A stretch of 64,000 nucleotides of DNA from Parcubacteria group bacterium Licking1014_17 (GCA_007376485.1 VMGJ01000006.1:779-64778), one strand, 5' to 3'; positions 20,550 to 30,446 are shown, counted from the stretch's first letter. Program-made: numbers and translations. The notes: a model not told the origin generated them from the letters alone.

Positions 20550-20959
20550 TTTTGTTTCTTAATGCAATTGGCGCAGAATAACGCGCATGGCATTGCTTCC
20601 AATCGTTTTAATTCAATGAGATTGCCGCAATTTTCGCATAAGCTGTACTTATCTTGGTCAATTTTGGCGATCGTTGAATCTATCAGGGCAATCCTTGCTT
20701 CCAGCATTTTTTCGATAGCTATCTCATCAGCGAATTCCGAAATGAAACGCGCCCTCTCGTCAGAGGTTACATGGGTGTCAAATTTACCCAGAATGGCAGA
20801 ATTAGAGACCGTTTTTTGGTCATTGCCGCCGGTTATCTTCTTGGACTCTTCCTCGAGTAATTTTCTTTCGGAAATTAGCTTCTGCCTGAGTTTTGATAGC
20901 GATTTAGCGTTCACCTTGGCAATATAATACAAAAAATTACTATTTGCAATAACAATCAA
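20546..20959 (-). CDS. DksA/TraR family C4-type zinc-finger protein
   Basis: 137 aa. Coiled-coil N-terminus and C-terminal CENCG...CALFCANC. ATGA-coupled to comM. Confidence 0.6.
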   Translation of the reverse strand: MIVIANSNFLYYIAKVNAKSLSKLRQKLISERKLLEEESKKITGGNDQKTVSNSAILGKFDTHVTSDERARFISEFADEIAIEKMLEARIALIDSTIAKIDQDKYSLCENCGNLIELKRLEAMPCALFCANCIKKQK

Positions 20960-21160
20960 AAAAGGGCACCATTGACCCCCGAATACCGTGTTGCTTATTG
21001 GGGAAATAATGCCCCTATTGATAAAAATTTACCAGTCCATCCACATTAGGAAAATACAAAATACACAATGTGAACTCTAACTTTGGAATGGACCAGTTCA
21101 AAGAGCCAAGCCAATTGTACATCTGGGACGTGTCGCAGTAAATAGCAAACTGTTGATAAC

Positions 21161-21320
21161 ATGTCATTTATGTCATAGTGACAAACTAATTATGTCATTT
21201 ATGTCACAGTGACATAAATGTATCGCGACATAACGTTTGTCACTATGTCACAATCTTTGTCACTCATGTCGCAATGTTTGTCGCGATCTTGTCATTTATG
21301 TCGTTGACACTTTGTGTCAT
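21161..21320. promoter_or_regulatory. Array of about 16 TGTCAY/GTGACA motifs with roughly 10-11 bp phasing, including a 32-bp tandem repeat and a perfect palindrome ATGTCAC-A-GTGACAT
   Basis: Lies in the 3' end of the methyltransferase gene and the promoter region of the DksA/TraR-comM operon. Tandem units at 21161..21192 and 21193..21224. Confidence 0.45.
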
Positions 21321-22206
21321 TGATGATATCGCAGATATCCTTCTTGATCTGGGGGTACTTGCGTAGCATTGCGAGGGGAGCCGCTTCGTTGATATCAAAA
21401 CCAATAGCATTCCTGCCCAACCGGCTGGCGGCATAAAGCGTAGTGCCGGACCCGGCGAAAGGATCCAAGACAGTATCTCCTTTCCGGCTGAAAAGACCGA
21501 TAAATCTTTCAGCCACCTCCGGAGGACATTCCGTGGAGTAATGAGAAAAAATATGTTCGTCTTTTATTAAGCCAGTTTTGTCCATTAACGGCTTAAGTGG
21601 ATTTATTAGTTGTTTGGGCAATATTTTTGACAAGCCGAATAAGAATCTGAAAATAAGCCGGGAATTCAATATTTTTGGATGGGTTTTAAGCGACCATACG
21701 GGGTCCCAGTAAAACTGTCTTAAAATCTCGCGGTAATTATTCGAAGAACCGCCTGTTTTCTGAAAAATTAAAATAAATTGAAATCTCGCGCCCCCGGATT
21801 TCATATCACCCCTGTCTTTCCGGAGATAACGGTCCCAAACCAGTAAATTTCTATAAATTAATTCAGGAGGCATGTTTTTAACGATGTCCGCGTGAAGGGG
21901 AATATAATTAAATGAGCCATCCTTATCTTGGCGGTACAAATCATGCAACCACATAATCAAAAAACCGCCGCCTTTCAATATTTGGGCGCACTCCTGCCAC
22001 ACTTTATTGATTTTCTCCAAAAAGGCCGGGTAATCCGGAATCGCGCTTAATTGAGAGTCGTCTCTGGAATATTCAACTTCATTCCAGTAAGGCGGTCCTG
22101 TCATTATCAAATCAACCGATTTGGGCGATAAAAAAGACCCCGCGTGGCGGGAGTCGGCTATGTAGTATTTGATTGAGGCCGGGAAAGCCGGGGTCTTTTT
22201 GGACAC
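21292..22206 (-). CDS. Beta-class N6-adenine/N4-cytosine DNA methyltransferase (motif IV DPPY before motif I)
   Basis: 304 aa. DLIMTGPPY near the N-terminus, VLDPFAGSGTT near the C-terminus. No adjacent restriction endonuclease is apparent. Confidence 0.75.
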   Translation of the reverse strand: MSKKTPAFPASIKYYIADSRHAGSFLSPKSVDLIMTGPPYWNEVEYSRDDSQLSAIPDYPAFLEKINKVWQECAQILKGGGFLIMWLHDLYRQDKDGSFNYIPLHADIVKNMPPELIYRNLLVWDRYLRKDRGDMKSGGARFQFILIFQKTGGSSNNYREILRQFYWDPVWSLKTHPKILNSRLIFRFLFGLSKILPKQLINPLKPLMDKTGLIKDEHIFSHYSTECPPEVAERFIGLFSRKGDTVLDPFAGSGTTLYAASRLGRNAIGFDINEAAPLAMLRKYPQIKKDICDIINDTKCQRHK

Positions 22207-22214
22207 TTTTATTT

Positions 22215-23447
22215 TTATTGGCCGCCAGTACCGCCTTTGTAATTCAAAAGCGTATCCACAGCCAGTCTGAACGACTCTTTAGACGATCCAATTACCAGGT
22301 AATCGCCGCTGTTAATACTGACCGCGGCGACGGCAAACCCAAGGTTTTTATCGGCAACTTGAATATATTTGAAAGGCACACCGGAGTATACATCGTCGTT
22401 AAGAGAATTTCCGGTGGTTTGATACCCGAATATTCCGGCAAAATCACTCGGCATGTTGGCGGCCCAGTCGCTTATAGTTTTCTGAATATCCGAATCGCCT
22501 GATGATTTAACCACCAACACAATTCTATTGCCAACGAAGGTTCCATTATCGCTTTGATTATATAATCCCAAAATCCAGTCGGTGGAAGAAAAGAGGGCAT
22601 CGTCATTCAGTGCGGAGATATCAATACTAAACCTGTTCAGAAACTCGCCGAATGAATAAAGGACGCCGCCTTTGGTATCGCCGACTATTTGATAAGGATT
22701 TATCGAACCGGCGGCAACTTGTTCTGCGGCAATCGCGCTGGATAAAAGAGACAACGCGTCGCCGGTGTAGGGAAGAGTAATATCTTTGGCGATGCCGAAG
22801 ATTGACTCAGTGGTTAACGGTGTGGCGTTTCCGCTAACCGTAGGCGTAGGCGTTGCGTTTTCTCCGCCGCCGCCGACTGTTTTGTATATTATATAGCCGA
22901 TAACACCCAGCAAAATCAGCGCGATTACGGCGACTATTATTATTTTTAAAGTTTTAGACGGCGATTGCTGGGGAGGAACCGGAATCGTGCTTGAGGGCAT
23001 CGGTTTGACGGGACCCGGGACAGTCAGTTTCGGAGGCACAATGATTGGTGCCGGACTTATTGTATTTATTGGCGGGGCGGTCCTGATAACCGGTGCCGGC
23101 GCTGAGGTTGGCGGTTTAGGCGCGATGGTAGGCGGAGCCGGGGGCGGCGTGATGGCGCTTTTTATATCAACACTGGAACCAATCGGCTGGGAACCCTTTC
23201 TTAAAGCGCTGACATCTTCCTGCATTGTGCGGATGGTTGTTTTGATATTGTCGCCGCTGGGAATACCAGTCGCCTGCACGCCCATGGGCGGTGTGGCTGG
23301 TTTCGGACTTGTGGCAATTTGAGACGCTATATCAGCCGCCATGTCGTTTTTTACGGGAGGCGGAGGCGTAGGTAGCGGGGGATTAATATTGTTGTTTTGG
23401 GGAGGGCGAGTTGGCGCAGGACCGCCGATTGGATTTATGTCAGCCAC
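22215..23447 (-). CDS. Pro-rich single-pass membrane protein
   Basis: 410 aa. Extremely Pro-rich N-terminal half, one TM helix, C-terminal globular domain. Confidence 0.5.
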   Translation of the reverse strand: MADINPIGGPAPTRPPQNNNINPPLPTPPPPVKNDMAADIASQIATSPKPATPPMGVQATGIPSGDNIKTTIRTMQEDVSALRKGSQPIGSSVDIKSAITPPPAPPTIAPKPPTSAPAPVIRTAPPINTISPAPIIVPPKLTVPGPVKPMPSSTIPVPPQQSPSKTLKIIIVAVIALILLGVIGYIIYKTVGGGGENATPTPTVSGNATPLTTESIFGIAKDITLPYTGDALSLLSSAIAAEQVAAGSINPYQIVGDTKGGVLYSFGEFLNRFSIDISALNDDALFSSTDWILGLYNQSDNGTFVGNRIVLVVKSSGDSDIQKTISDWAANMPSDFAGIFGYQTTGNSLNDDVYSGVPFKYIQVADKNLGFAVAAVSINSGDYLVIGSSKESFRLAVDTLLNYKGGTGGQ

Positions 23448-23515
23448 GATTATTTTGCGACTCGCGCCCTACTGTGGCGGTCAGCAGCACGCACAATTAA
23501 GGCCGGAGTCACAGG

Positions 23516-25630
23516 TTAAATATTCCCGCGCTCATTATCAGGGCGCATGGTCAAATTTATTCTACCATAGCTGTCTATATTTTTCACACGAACGTGGACA
23601 ACTTGGCCTGTCTTCAAAACATCCGAGGGTTTCGCGATTCTGCGGTCGGATATTTCCGACACGTGAACTAGCCCTTCGTGTCCCGGCATAAATTCAACCA
23701 TTGCCCCGAATTCAAACAATCTGGTTACTTTGCCGTCGAATTCATCGCCAGTCACCGCTTCGTAGGTAATCTCCTTTATCATGCCTTTGGCTTTTTCCAT
23801 GGCATCATTGCTCATCGCCGAAACGAAAACCGAACCGTCCTGCTCGATGTCTATTTCCACTCCTGTTTTATTGATTATGTCGTTTATAACTTTGCCCTGG
23901 GGACCAATGAGAGACCGGATTTTTTCGGGGTTGATGTGCAGTATTTCAATTCTTGGAGCGTGCTCGGAAAGATTTGCCCGAGGCGCGGCGATAGTTTTAT
24001 CCATAACTTCAAGAATTTCCAATCTGGCTTTTCTGGCTTGCGTGAGGGCTTTTTCAAGAATTTCAGCGGTGACTCCTTCCACTTTTACGTCCATTTGCAT
24101 AGCCGTAACGCCATCTTTGGTTCCGGCGACTTTTAAGTCCATATCGCCGAAGTAATCTTCCGGTCCCTGGATATCGGTTAGAATTTTGTAATCATTTTTA
24201 TCGCCCAACATTATGCCCATGGCTATGCCCGCCGCCGGAGCCGGTATTGGAACACCACCGTCCATCAACGCTAGCGATGAACCGCAAACCGAAGCCATGG
24301 AAGACGACCCGTTTGACGATAAAATTTCAGAAACAAGGCGGATAGTGTAGGGAAATTTCGTCTTTTCCGGAATTAAAGGCAGAAGAGCGCGCTCCGCTAA
24401 AGCACCGTGTCCGATTTCGCGCCTGCCGGCTCCGCCCATGCGTCCGACTTCGCCGACGCTGAAAGGCGGAAACACGTAATGGTGCATAAAACGTTTTTTT
24501 GTCAGGTTTATTTCCATCGTTTCTATCCATTGTTCCATACCCGGTGCCGCCAGAGTAAGAATTGAAAGCGCCTGCGTCGAACCCCTGTTGAATAATCCCG
24601 AGCCGTGCGCCTGTGGCAAAACCGCCACCTCGGCGCTGATATTTCTCAACTCATCCGGTTTTCTGCCGTCCGGCCTTTTGTCTTTTTCCAGGACATTTTT
24701 ATGAACCAACTGGCTGACGGTTTCATCAAATATAGCCGGCAGTTTTTTAAGTTTATTCCCCAAATTCTTATCGCCTTGGTAAGTAGCAGACACGTGTTCT
24801 TCGAGTGATTTTTTGGCGCTTTCAAGCCCGTGATAATAAGCCTGTTTATCAGCGGTGTAAACCACTTTTTCGAGGATAGGATTTAGAAATTCAGCCGCCT
24901 TTTTAGAAAACTCGCCGTCGGTGGGAATTATAACCGACATTTTCTTCTCAACGCCGGCTTCGGAAGCTATCTTTTTCTGGAAGTCGGATAATTTTTTTAT
25001 TTCTTTAAAGCCGAATTCGATGGCTTCGATAATATTTTTTTCGGGAATAATATTCGCGCCGGCTTCAACCATGTTAATTCTGTTTTCCGTGCCCGAAACC
25101 ACAATGTCAAAATCACCGGCAACCCTTTGTTCGTATGTGGGGTTTATGACAAGTTTGCCGTCAACTCTGCCGATTCTCACGCCGGCCACGGGACCGTCAA
25201 AAGGGATATCCGAAATCATAAGCGCCAGCGAGGCGCCGAAAAGCGCCGGAATATCCGGGTCATTTTCCCCGTCAAAAGACAAAACCAAAGCCACCACCTG
25301 CACTTCGTTGCGGATCGATTGGTCGAATCTCGGCCTGATTGTGCGGTCTATTAGGCGACCGCTTAAAATTGCTTCATCAGACGGCCTCGTTTCTCTTTTT
25401 ATCCATTTCGAGCCCTTTATTTTGCCGGCGGCGTAATACCTTTCTTCGTAGTCAACCATCAGCGGAAAATAATCCGATTCTTTCGGATTTTCGGACATCG
25501 TGGCAACCGCCAGTACGACGGTGTTGCCGTATTGAACTCTGCAGGAGCCATTTGCCTGCCCGGCAAGGCGTCCAAGCTCAACGGAGAGTTTTCTTCCGTT
25601 AAATTCCATGCTGTAATTTTTCACTTCCAT
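23516..25630 (-). CDS. pnp: Polyribonucleotide nucleotidyltransferase (PNPase)
   Basis: 704 aa. Two RNase PH domains, KH and S1 domains. Classic rpsO-pnp arrangement. Confidence 0.9.
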   Translation of the reverse strand: MEVKNYSMEFNGRKLSVELGRLAGQANGSCRVQYGNTVVLAVATMSENPKESDYFPLMVDYEERYYAAGKIKGSKWIKRETRPSDEAILSGRLIDRTIRPRFDQSIRNEVQVVALVLSFDGENDPDIPALFGASLALMISDIPFDGPVAGVRIGRVDGKLVINPTYEQRVAGDFDIVVSGTENRINMVEAGANIIPEKNIIEAIEFGFKEIKKLSDFQKKIASEAGVEKKMSVIIPTDGEFSKKAAEFLNPILEKVVYTADKQAYYHGLESAKKSLEEHVSATYQGDKNLGNKLKKLPAIFDETVSQLVHKNVLEKDKRPDGRKPDELRNISAEVAVLPQAHGSGLFNRGSTQALSILTLAAPGMEQWIETMEINLTKKRFMHHYVFPPFSVGEVGRMGGAGRREIGHGALAERALLPLIPEKTKFPYTIRLVSEILSSNGSSSMASVCGSSLALMDGGVPIPAPAAGIAMGIMLGDKNDYKILTDIQGPEDYFGDMDLKVAGTKDGVTAMQMDVKVEGVTAEILEKALTQARKARLEILEVMDKTIAAPRANLSEHAPRIEILHINPEKIRSLIGPQGKVINDIINKTGVEIDIEQDGSVFVSAMSNDAMEKAKGMIKEITYEAVTGDEFDGKVTRLFEFGAMVEFMPGHEGLVHVSEISDRRIAKPSDVLKTGQVVHVRVKNIDSYGRINLTMRPDNERGNI

Positions 25631-25748
25631 CTTTTTTCGGGCGCAAGGAGTACCGGGTTCTGGCTGGGCGCTTCAAGATATTGAATCGTCAAGCCAAAGC
25701 CCCATACATCGTTTCCCCTTTGTGCCCGGGGTTATTTATTATATTTTC

Positions 25749-26282
25749 TTACTTGATTAAATATTTTTTAATGTCCGTTTCAAGGTCAATAAACAAATCA
25801 GCCGCTTCCTTGAGCTTGTTTGATGTGCTTCTGCCGAACGACAAAACTTCGACTTTTAATCCTTTCGAGATTTTCAGATAATCTATTAAAGGTATAAAAT
25901 CGCCGTCGCCGGTGACCAAAACTGCGACATCCAGCTTATCCGCCAAGCTTATGGCGTCTATCGCGATGCCCACGTCCCAGTCGGCTTTTTTAGTGCCGTC
26001 GGCGAACACCTGAAGGTCTTTTATTTTGATTTCATAGCCGCTCTTCTCTAATGCCTCCAGGAAAGCTTTCTCCTCGCCGGTCTCAGTTTTAATCACGTAT
26101 ATGAAAGCGCGGATGAGCTTGCGATTTCTTAACGCCTCATCAAGCACTTGTTTGAAATTAACTTTCGCCCTGTAGAGGTTTTTGGCCGAGTGGTACATGT
26201 TCTGGGCGTCAACGAAAACGCCTACCCTTTGGGAAGGGGATGCCGATGTATCGGTCACGGGTTTTTTCGTGAATAAAGGCAC
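25749..26282 (-). CDS. NYN/LabA-like domain protein
   Basis: 177 aa. VFVDAQN and GDGDF motifs. Confidence 0.65.
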   Translation of the reverse strand: MPLFTKKPVTDTSASPSQRVGVFVDAQNMYHSAKNLYRAKVNFKQVLDEALRNRKLIRAFIYVIKTETGEEKAFLEALEKSGYEIKIKDLQVFADGTKKADWDVGIAIDAISLADKLDVAVLVTGDGDFIPLIDYLKISKGLKVEVLSFGRSTSNKLKEAADLFIDLETDIKKYLIK

Positions 26283-26286
26283 TTTA

Positions 26287-26562
26287 TTATTTCAAGCCCA
26301 GCTCCTTGGTAAGTTTAGCATATTTGCCGGGAAACTTATCCCTAAGATAGTCCATAAGCTTCTTGCGCTTGGCAATCATTTTCAGCAAACCCACTCTGGA
26401 ACTGTTGTCTTTGCGGTGTTTCTTCAAATGAGAAACGAGCTCTTCGATCTGCTCGGTAAATAAAGCCGCCTGCACTTCCGCGGAACCGGTGTCGCGCTCA
26501 TGGCGAGCGTGAGTTTCCATAATTTTTGACTTGGCCTTACCTTTTAACATATTAGGCTTCAA
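26287..26562 (-). CDS. rpsO: 30S ribosomal protein S15
   Basis: 91 aa with S15 signature sequence. Upstream of pnp. Confidence 0.9.
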   Translation of the reverse strand: MKPNMLKGKAKSKIMETHARHERDTGSAEVQAALFTEQIEELVSHLKKHRKDNSSRVGLLKMIAKRKKLMDYLRDKFPGKYAKLTKELGLK

Positions 26563-26620
26563 TCATGGCATAAAACCAAAAAACACGCAAATCCCGCTGT
26601 TTCTGGTATAATTCAACCAA

Positions 26621-27535
26621 ATGGGTAAAATTAACGAAATAAAATCCGAATTCCTGGAATACATCGAGATTGAGAAGAATCGCTCGCCGAGAACCGTGGC
26701 AAATTACGACCATTATTTGAGCCGCTTCTTTCAGTTCACGAAGCCGGAGTCCATTTCCGACATATCCGAGGACTCAATCAGAAAATTCAGATTGTATCTA
26801 AACCGGCTGGCTGATGAAAGGGGGCAACCGCTGAAAAAAGTCACCCAGAATTACCACGTAATCGCTTTGCGGGCGTTTTTGAAATATCTTACCAAGCGCA
26901 ATATCAAATGCGTGCCGCCGGAGCGAGTTGAGCTGGGCAAACAGGAGGAAAGAGAGGTTACTTTTCTGGACGAAAAAGAACTGGAAAAATTTTTGAAGTC
27001 GCCGGCGGGCGATTCGGTGGCAGCTTTGCGCGACCGGGCGATTCTGGAAACTCTTTTTTCGACCGGCTTGCGCGTTTCGGAGCTGTGTTCTCTGGACAGG
27101 GATGGCATCAATCTTGGCAGGGGAGAGTTTTCGGTCCGCGGCAAGGGCAATAAAATCAGGGTTGTGTTTTTATCGGATACGGCGAAAGAATGCCTGAAGA
27201 CCTACTTGAATAAGCGCATGGATGCCGACCCGGCTCTTTTTATCCGTGTTCCGAAGTCGGGCAAGTTCGAAAAATTTCCGGACCTGCGGCTGACTCCGCG
27301 AAGCATCCAGAGAATAATCACCAAATACGCGATTATATCCGGAATTGTGGGGAAAAAAGTTTCGCCCCACACCCTCCGTCATTCTTTCGCGACCGATTTG
27401 TTGCGAAACGGCGCGGATATCAGGTCTGTGCAGTCGTTGCTTGGGCACGCCTCCGTTACGACGACGCAGATTTACACCCATGTTACCGATAAACAATTGA
27501 GAGAGGTTCACGAGCGGTTCCACAGGAAGAAGTAA
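26621..27535 (+). CDS. xerC: Tyrosine recombinase XerC/XerD
   Basis: 304 aa. C-terminal catalytic HTLRHSFATDLLRNGADIRSVQSLLGHASVTTTQIYTHV with the active-site Tyr. Confidence 0.85.
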   Translation: MGKINEIKSEFLEYIEIEKNRSPRTVANYDHYLSRFFQFTKPESISDISEDSIRKFRLYLNRLADERGQPLKKVTQNYHVIALRAFLKYLTKRNIKCVPPERVELGKQEEREVTFLDEKELEKFLKSPAGDSVAALRDRAILETLFSTGLRVSELCSLDRDGINLGRGEFSVRGKGNKIRVVFLSDTAKECLKTYLNKRMDADPALFIRVPKSGKFEKFPDLRLTPRSIQRIITKYAIISGIVGKKVSPHTLRHSFATDLLRNGADIRSVQSLLGHASVTTTQIYTHVTDKQLREVHERFHRKK

Positions 27536-27544
27536 AAAAATCAG

Positions 27545-27690
27545 CTTCCTAACTCTTTTTCGGGACTGGATTTTCTCCAGCGATGAAAATCCATCTGGTG
27601 AGATTACCGCCATTTGTCAAGGCGTTCACTTCGTTCAGCCGTTGACAAAACCATGCTGGCGGCAATCTCAACAGCCCTCGAAAGAGTTAG
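27545..27690 (+). repeat. Structured intergenic repeat, copy 2 (the same family as 6781..6925)
   Basis: See copy 1. Immediately downstream of the xerC stop. Confidence 0.55.
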
Positions 27691-27718
27691 TTCGCTTTCT
27701 TTTTGTCTTGAATAATCC

Positions 27719-28081
27719 TTAGCCCTTGTATATCAGATGGATACTGCCGATAAGTGGCAGGGGTTTCATTTCGCCCTTTGAAGCGCTGATGATGCCCATT
27801 ATTAATAAAACCAGTCCGAAAAGTCCGATAAGCCAGCCGACAAAAAACACCCTCATCAGCAAAGAACCCACCAGCCATACGATTAAAATCAGCAGGTGCT
27901 GGTTGGCGTGGAACATCGCGAATTTGCTGTTCTTCGCTCCGGTAAGCAGAGGCACAAAAAACAGAACAGGGATTATGTATCCGATTATCGCCAATATCTT
28001 GTGTTTCTCGACGTCGCTTTGAGGAGCTGGCTGCTGCGGCTGCTGACCCCCGCCGGGTGTTTGTTGAGTTTGTTCGTCCAT
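27719..28081 (-). CDS. Small membrane protein with Gln/Pro-rich N-terminus
   Basis: 120 aa with three hydrophobic helices. Confidence 0.45.
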   Translation of the reverse strand: MDEQTQQTPGGGQQPQQPAPQSDVEKHKILAIIGYIIPVLFFVPLLTGAKNSKFAMFHANQHLLILIVWLVGSLLMRVFFVGWLIGLFGLVLLIMGIISASKGEMKPLPLIGSIHLIYKG

Positions 28082-28167
28082 ATGTTTTTTCTTTGGATAT
28101 TTTAGTCCAGAAGAATTAGTTATTTAATTCAAATGTTATCTCTAAATTTATTAAATAGCAAGAAGGA

Positions 28168-28815
28168 TTATTTAGGTTCCACCCTCAACATTAAGAACAT
28201 TGCGATTATAAACCCCGCTATTATAAACAGCAGGCTTATCAAAAACCAAAACTTCGACCTGATTTTTGATACGACTACAAACCTCTTTTCGAAACTGTCC
28301 ATAAAGGTTGCAACTTTATTATCCATATCATCTGCGCGTGATATTTTAGAGGCTGTTTTTTGGGTTCCTGCGTAGAGCTTTATTATGTCGTATCTGCTTA
28401 TGATTCCCACAAGCAAGCTATCTTTAACCACGGGCAGGGGATTCACCCCATGGTGCTCGCCAAAAATTTTAGCTGCCTCTTCCAGACCGACCTCCGGGCT
28501 TATAATCAGCGGCTCTTTATTCATTATATCTCCAACCTTCAAGGTTAATATTTTTTCCAATTCAGGGCGGATTTTCGACGAATCTTGCTTATGAATAGGG
28601 AAATCCTGCATTAGTTTGATGAATGTCGGAATATGCACATTGGCACCTTTGGAAACCAAGTCCCACTGGGTTATCACACCTAAGAGTTTATTGTCATTGG
28701 AAACTACTGGAACGCCGTCGAAGTCTCTGTCGAAAAGAAGCTGGGCGACCTCGATAACGCTGGTCTCCGGAGAAACCGAAACCACCTCCTTTGTCATAAA
28801 TTCCTTAACCTTCAT
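28168..28815 (-). CDS. CBS-domain pair protein with C-terminal TM helix
   Basis: 215 aa. Two CBS-like segments. Confidence 0.65.
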   Translation of the reverse strand: MKVKEFMTKEVVSVSPETSVIEVAQLLFDRDFDGVPVVSNDNKLLGVITQWDLVSKGANVHIPTFIKLMQDFPIHKQDSSKIRPELEKILTLKVGDIMNKEPLIISPEVGLEEAAKIFGEHHGVNPLPVVKDSLLVGIISRYDIIKLYAGTQKTASKISRADDMDNKVATFMDSFEKRFVVVSKIRSKFWFLISLLFIIAGFIIAMFLMLRVEPK

Positions 28816-29312
28816 ATGTTTTAAGTTTACACTTTTTTTGTCGTTTTTTATTAAATCTGTGGATAATTTTATTTATATACCCGGAGTATTGAGTTAAAAT
28901 ACATAAGAGGTCGAAAGTATTCTAATTACGACAAAGTGGAGATAGATAAACTATCCCATGAGTCTTTTTACGCAAAATGAATAATTCCAAAGGTACGATA
29001 ATAGAAGCCCTGATGTTGCTACTGTCCATTCTAATCTTCTACATGGTTTTTTCGGCAAATTACTCGCTGAAAAAATCAGATTCCAGCGCCAAGGTGATGC
29101 AGAATATTAGGTATTGGGAACTGCCTCGGACAATTAGTCCCGGGAAGTAAAATTAATATTTAAAGTACCCCGATTGCTTGAATAGTAATGGGGGGACAAA
29201 TTATCCAACTATGAAATTTTTATCAGGGGAAATATCAGTGGTGGCGGTTATAACGTTGATTCTACAGATGCTTACTTTCTATTTTTTGCTTGTGAAATAG
29301 TTTCCTCCATTT

Positions 29313-29352
29313 AAAAAAGAAAAAGGGGTCGCGACCTTTAGGTCGCGACCCC
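29313..29352 (-). terminator. Rho-independent terminator (12-bp GC-rich stem ggggtcgcgacc/ggtcgcgacccc plus T-run on the minus strand)
   Basis: Directly downstream of minus-strand gene 29392..29748. Confidence 0.6.
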
Positions 29353-29391
29353 GGTAATCTACCATGGATTCATACTTTTTTACCCGCGAGT

Positions 29392-29748
29392 TTACGTGCG
29401 AGAATCAACTAGCCCTTCCGATCTCTCAACGTCTTCTTCCGGTCCAACCCTGGTCTTACAGCCCGGGCAGGTTGCCCTGCCCTTATCTTCCACATCAACC
29501 CATTTATGCCCTTCTGGCCAGAATGCTGGAGATTCCCGCGAGAAACCGCAAAGCGGAAGCCCGCTATCAAGAATATGTATGACCATGCTGCTCTCCTTTT
29601 CTCTCCTCGTTTCCAGATAATATGTTTCTTGACGATGACATCCTCCCCGAGTGCAAATCATGATGAAGATATTGGTATCACTCGGCCCGCCGCCATATCT
29701 CATCAATGCTCCGCACTCCGGGCATCTCATTTCGGGTATTTCTGACAT
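29392..29748 (-). CDS. Zinc-ribbon protein (CPECG...CxxGGC...CPGC)
   Basis: 118-aa ORF with two Cys pairs and its own terminator. Confidence 0.4.
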   Translation of the reverse strand: MSEIPEMRCPECGALMRYGGGPSDTNIFIMICTRGGCHRQETYYLETRREKESSMVIHILDSGLPLCGFSRESPAFWPEGHKWVDVEDKGRATCPGCKTRVGPEEDVERSEGLVDSRT

Positions 29749-30089
29749 TTTTTTGCCTCTCTCATTTTACATGACAAGGTACAACCATAACCCATCTAGT
29801 CAATTTGTTCGCAAGTTTAGGTTAATGAAAATATCTGAGAAAATCAAGTAAAAGCAGAAACCGTTATGGAAGGGGAGTTAGCTTCGACTCTGCCCTCGCC
29901 GTACATTCGGCCTAGTGGCATCAGTATTTCCTCACATTCGTTCGTTAATCGCTCGGGCAGGTCTGGCCACCGCCTCGCGATTTTGTCTGGTGACAAAATA
30001 TCGCTCCGGCGTTCAACTCTCCCACGCAAGGTAAGCAATTGCCTTGCTCTCGCCACCAAACAAAAACCCGCCTCAGGCGGGTTTTTGTT

Positions 30090-30446
30090 TGGTGGACTCG
30101 GGGGGAGTTGAACCCCCGTCTGCGGGTGGTCACAGGGAAGCACTACACGCTTGTTCCATTTAGTTTTGATCCGTGAGCCGTTAAACGGACAAAATGCTCA
30201 CAGCCCGCCACAGTTTAGTGCGATGAAGCCCCGTTATGGCGGCCAAAACTTCAAAGTTTCTCGCAATAAGCGTCTCATCCCGTTAGCGAGAATCGCGGGT
30301 GAAACGGATGCCTTAATTTAGGCAACTGCCATTACAGGCGTTAAAGCGTTGTAATTTGCACTTGTGTTTTTGCGGGTTTTTACAAGGTTCCGCGAACTTG
30401 GCGTGCGCTTCGGCTGATCATGCCTGCATCGAAGCCTTTCAAGCCC
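30090..30446 (-). ncRNA. ssrA: tmRNA (SsrA), about 357 nt
   Basis: 5' GGGCUUGAAAGGCUUCGAUGCAGG. 3' T-arm GGGGGUUCAACUCCCCC, then acceptor CGAGUCC-A-CCA with encoded CCA. Acceptor pairing gives the G3-U70 Ala identity pair. An intrinsic terminator follows, and smpB is 1 kb away. Candidate tag frame GCA AAT TAC AAC GCT TTA ACG CCT GTA ATG GCA GTT GCC TAA (about 30318..30359). Confidence 0.8.

Noticed and set aside
29844-30143. Track ORFs overlapping 29844..30143 (and other short ORFs at 29945..30133 and 29866..30111)
   Set aside because: They overlap the tmRNA 3' domain and its terminator. The region is explained by ssrA, so these are not coding.
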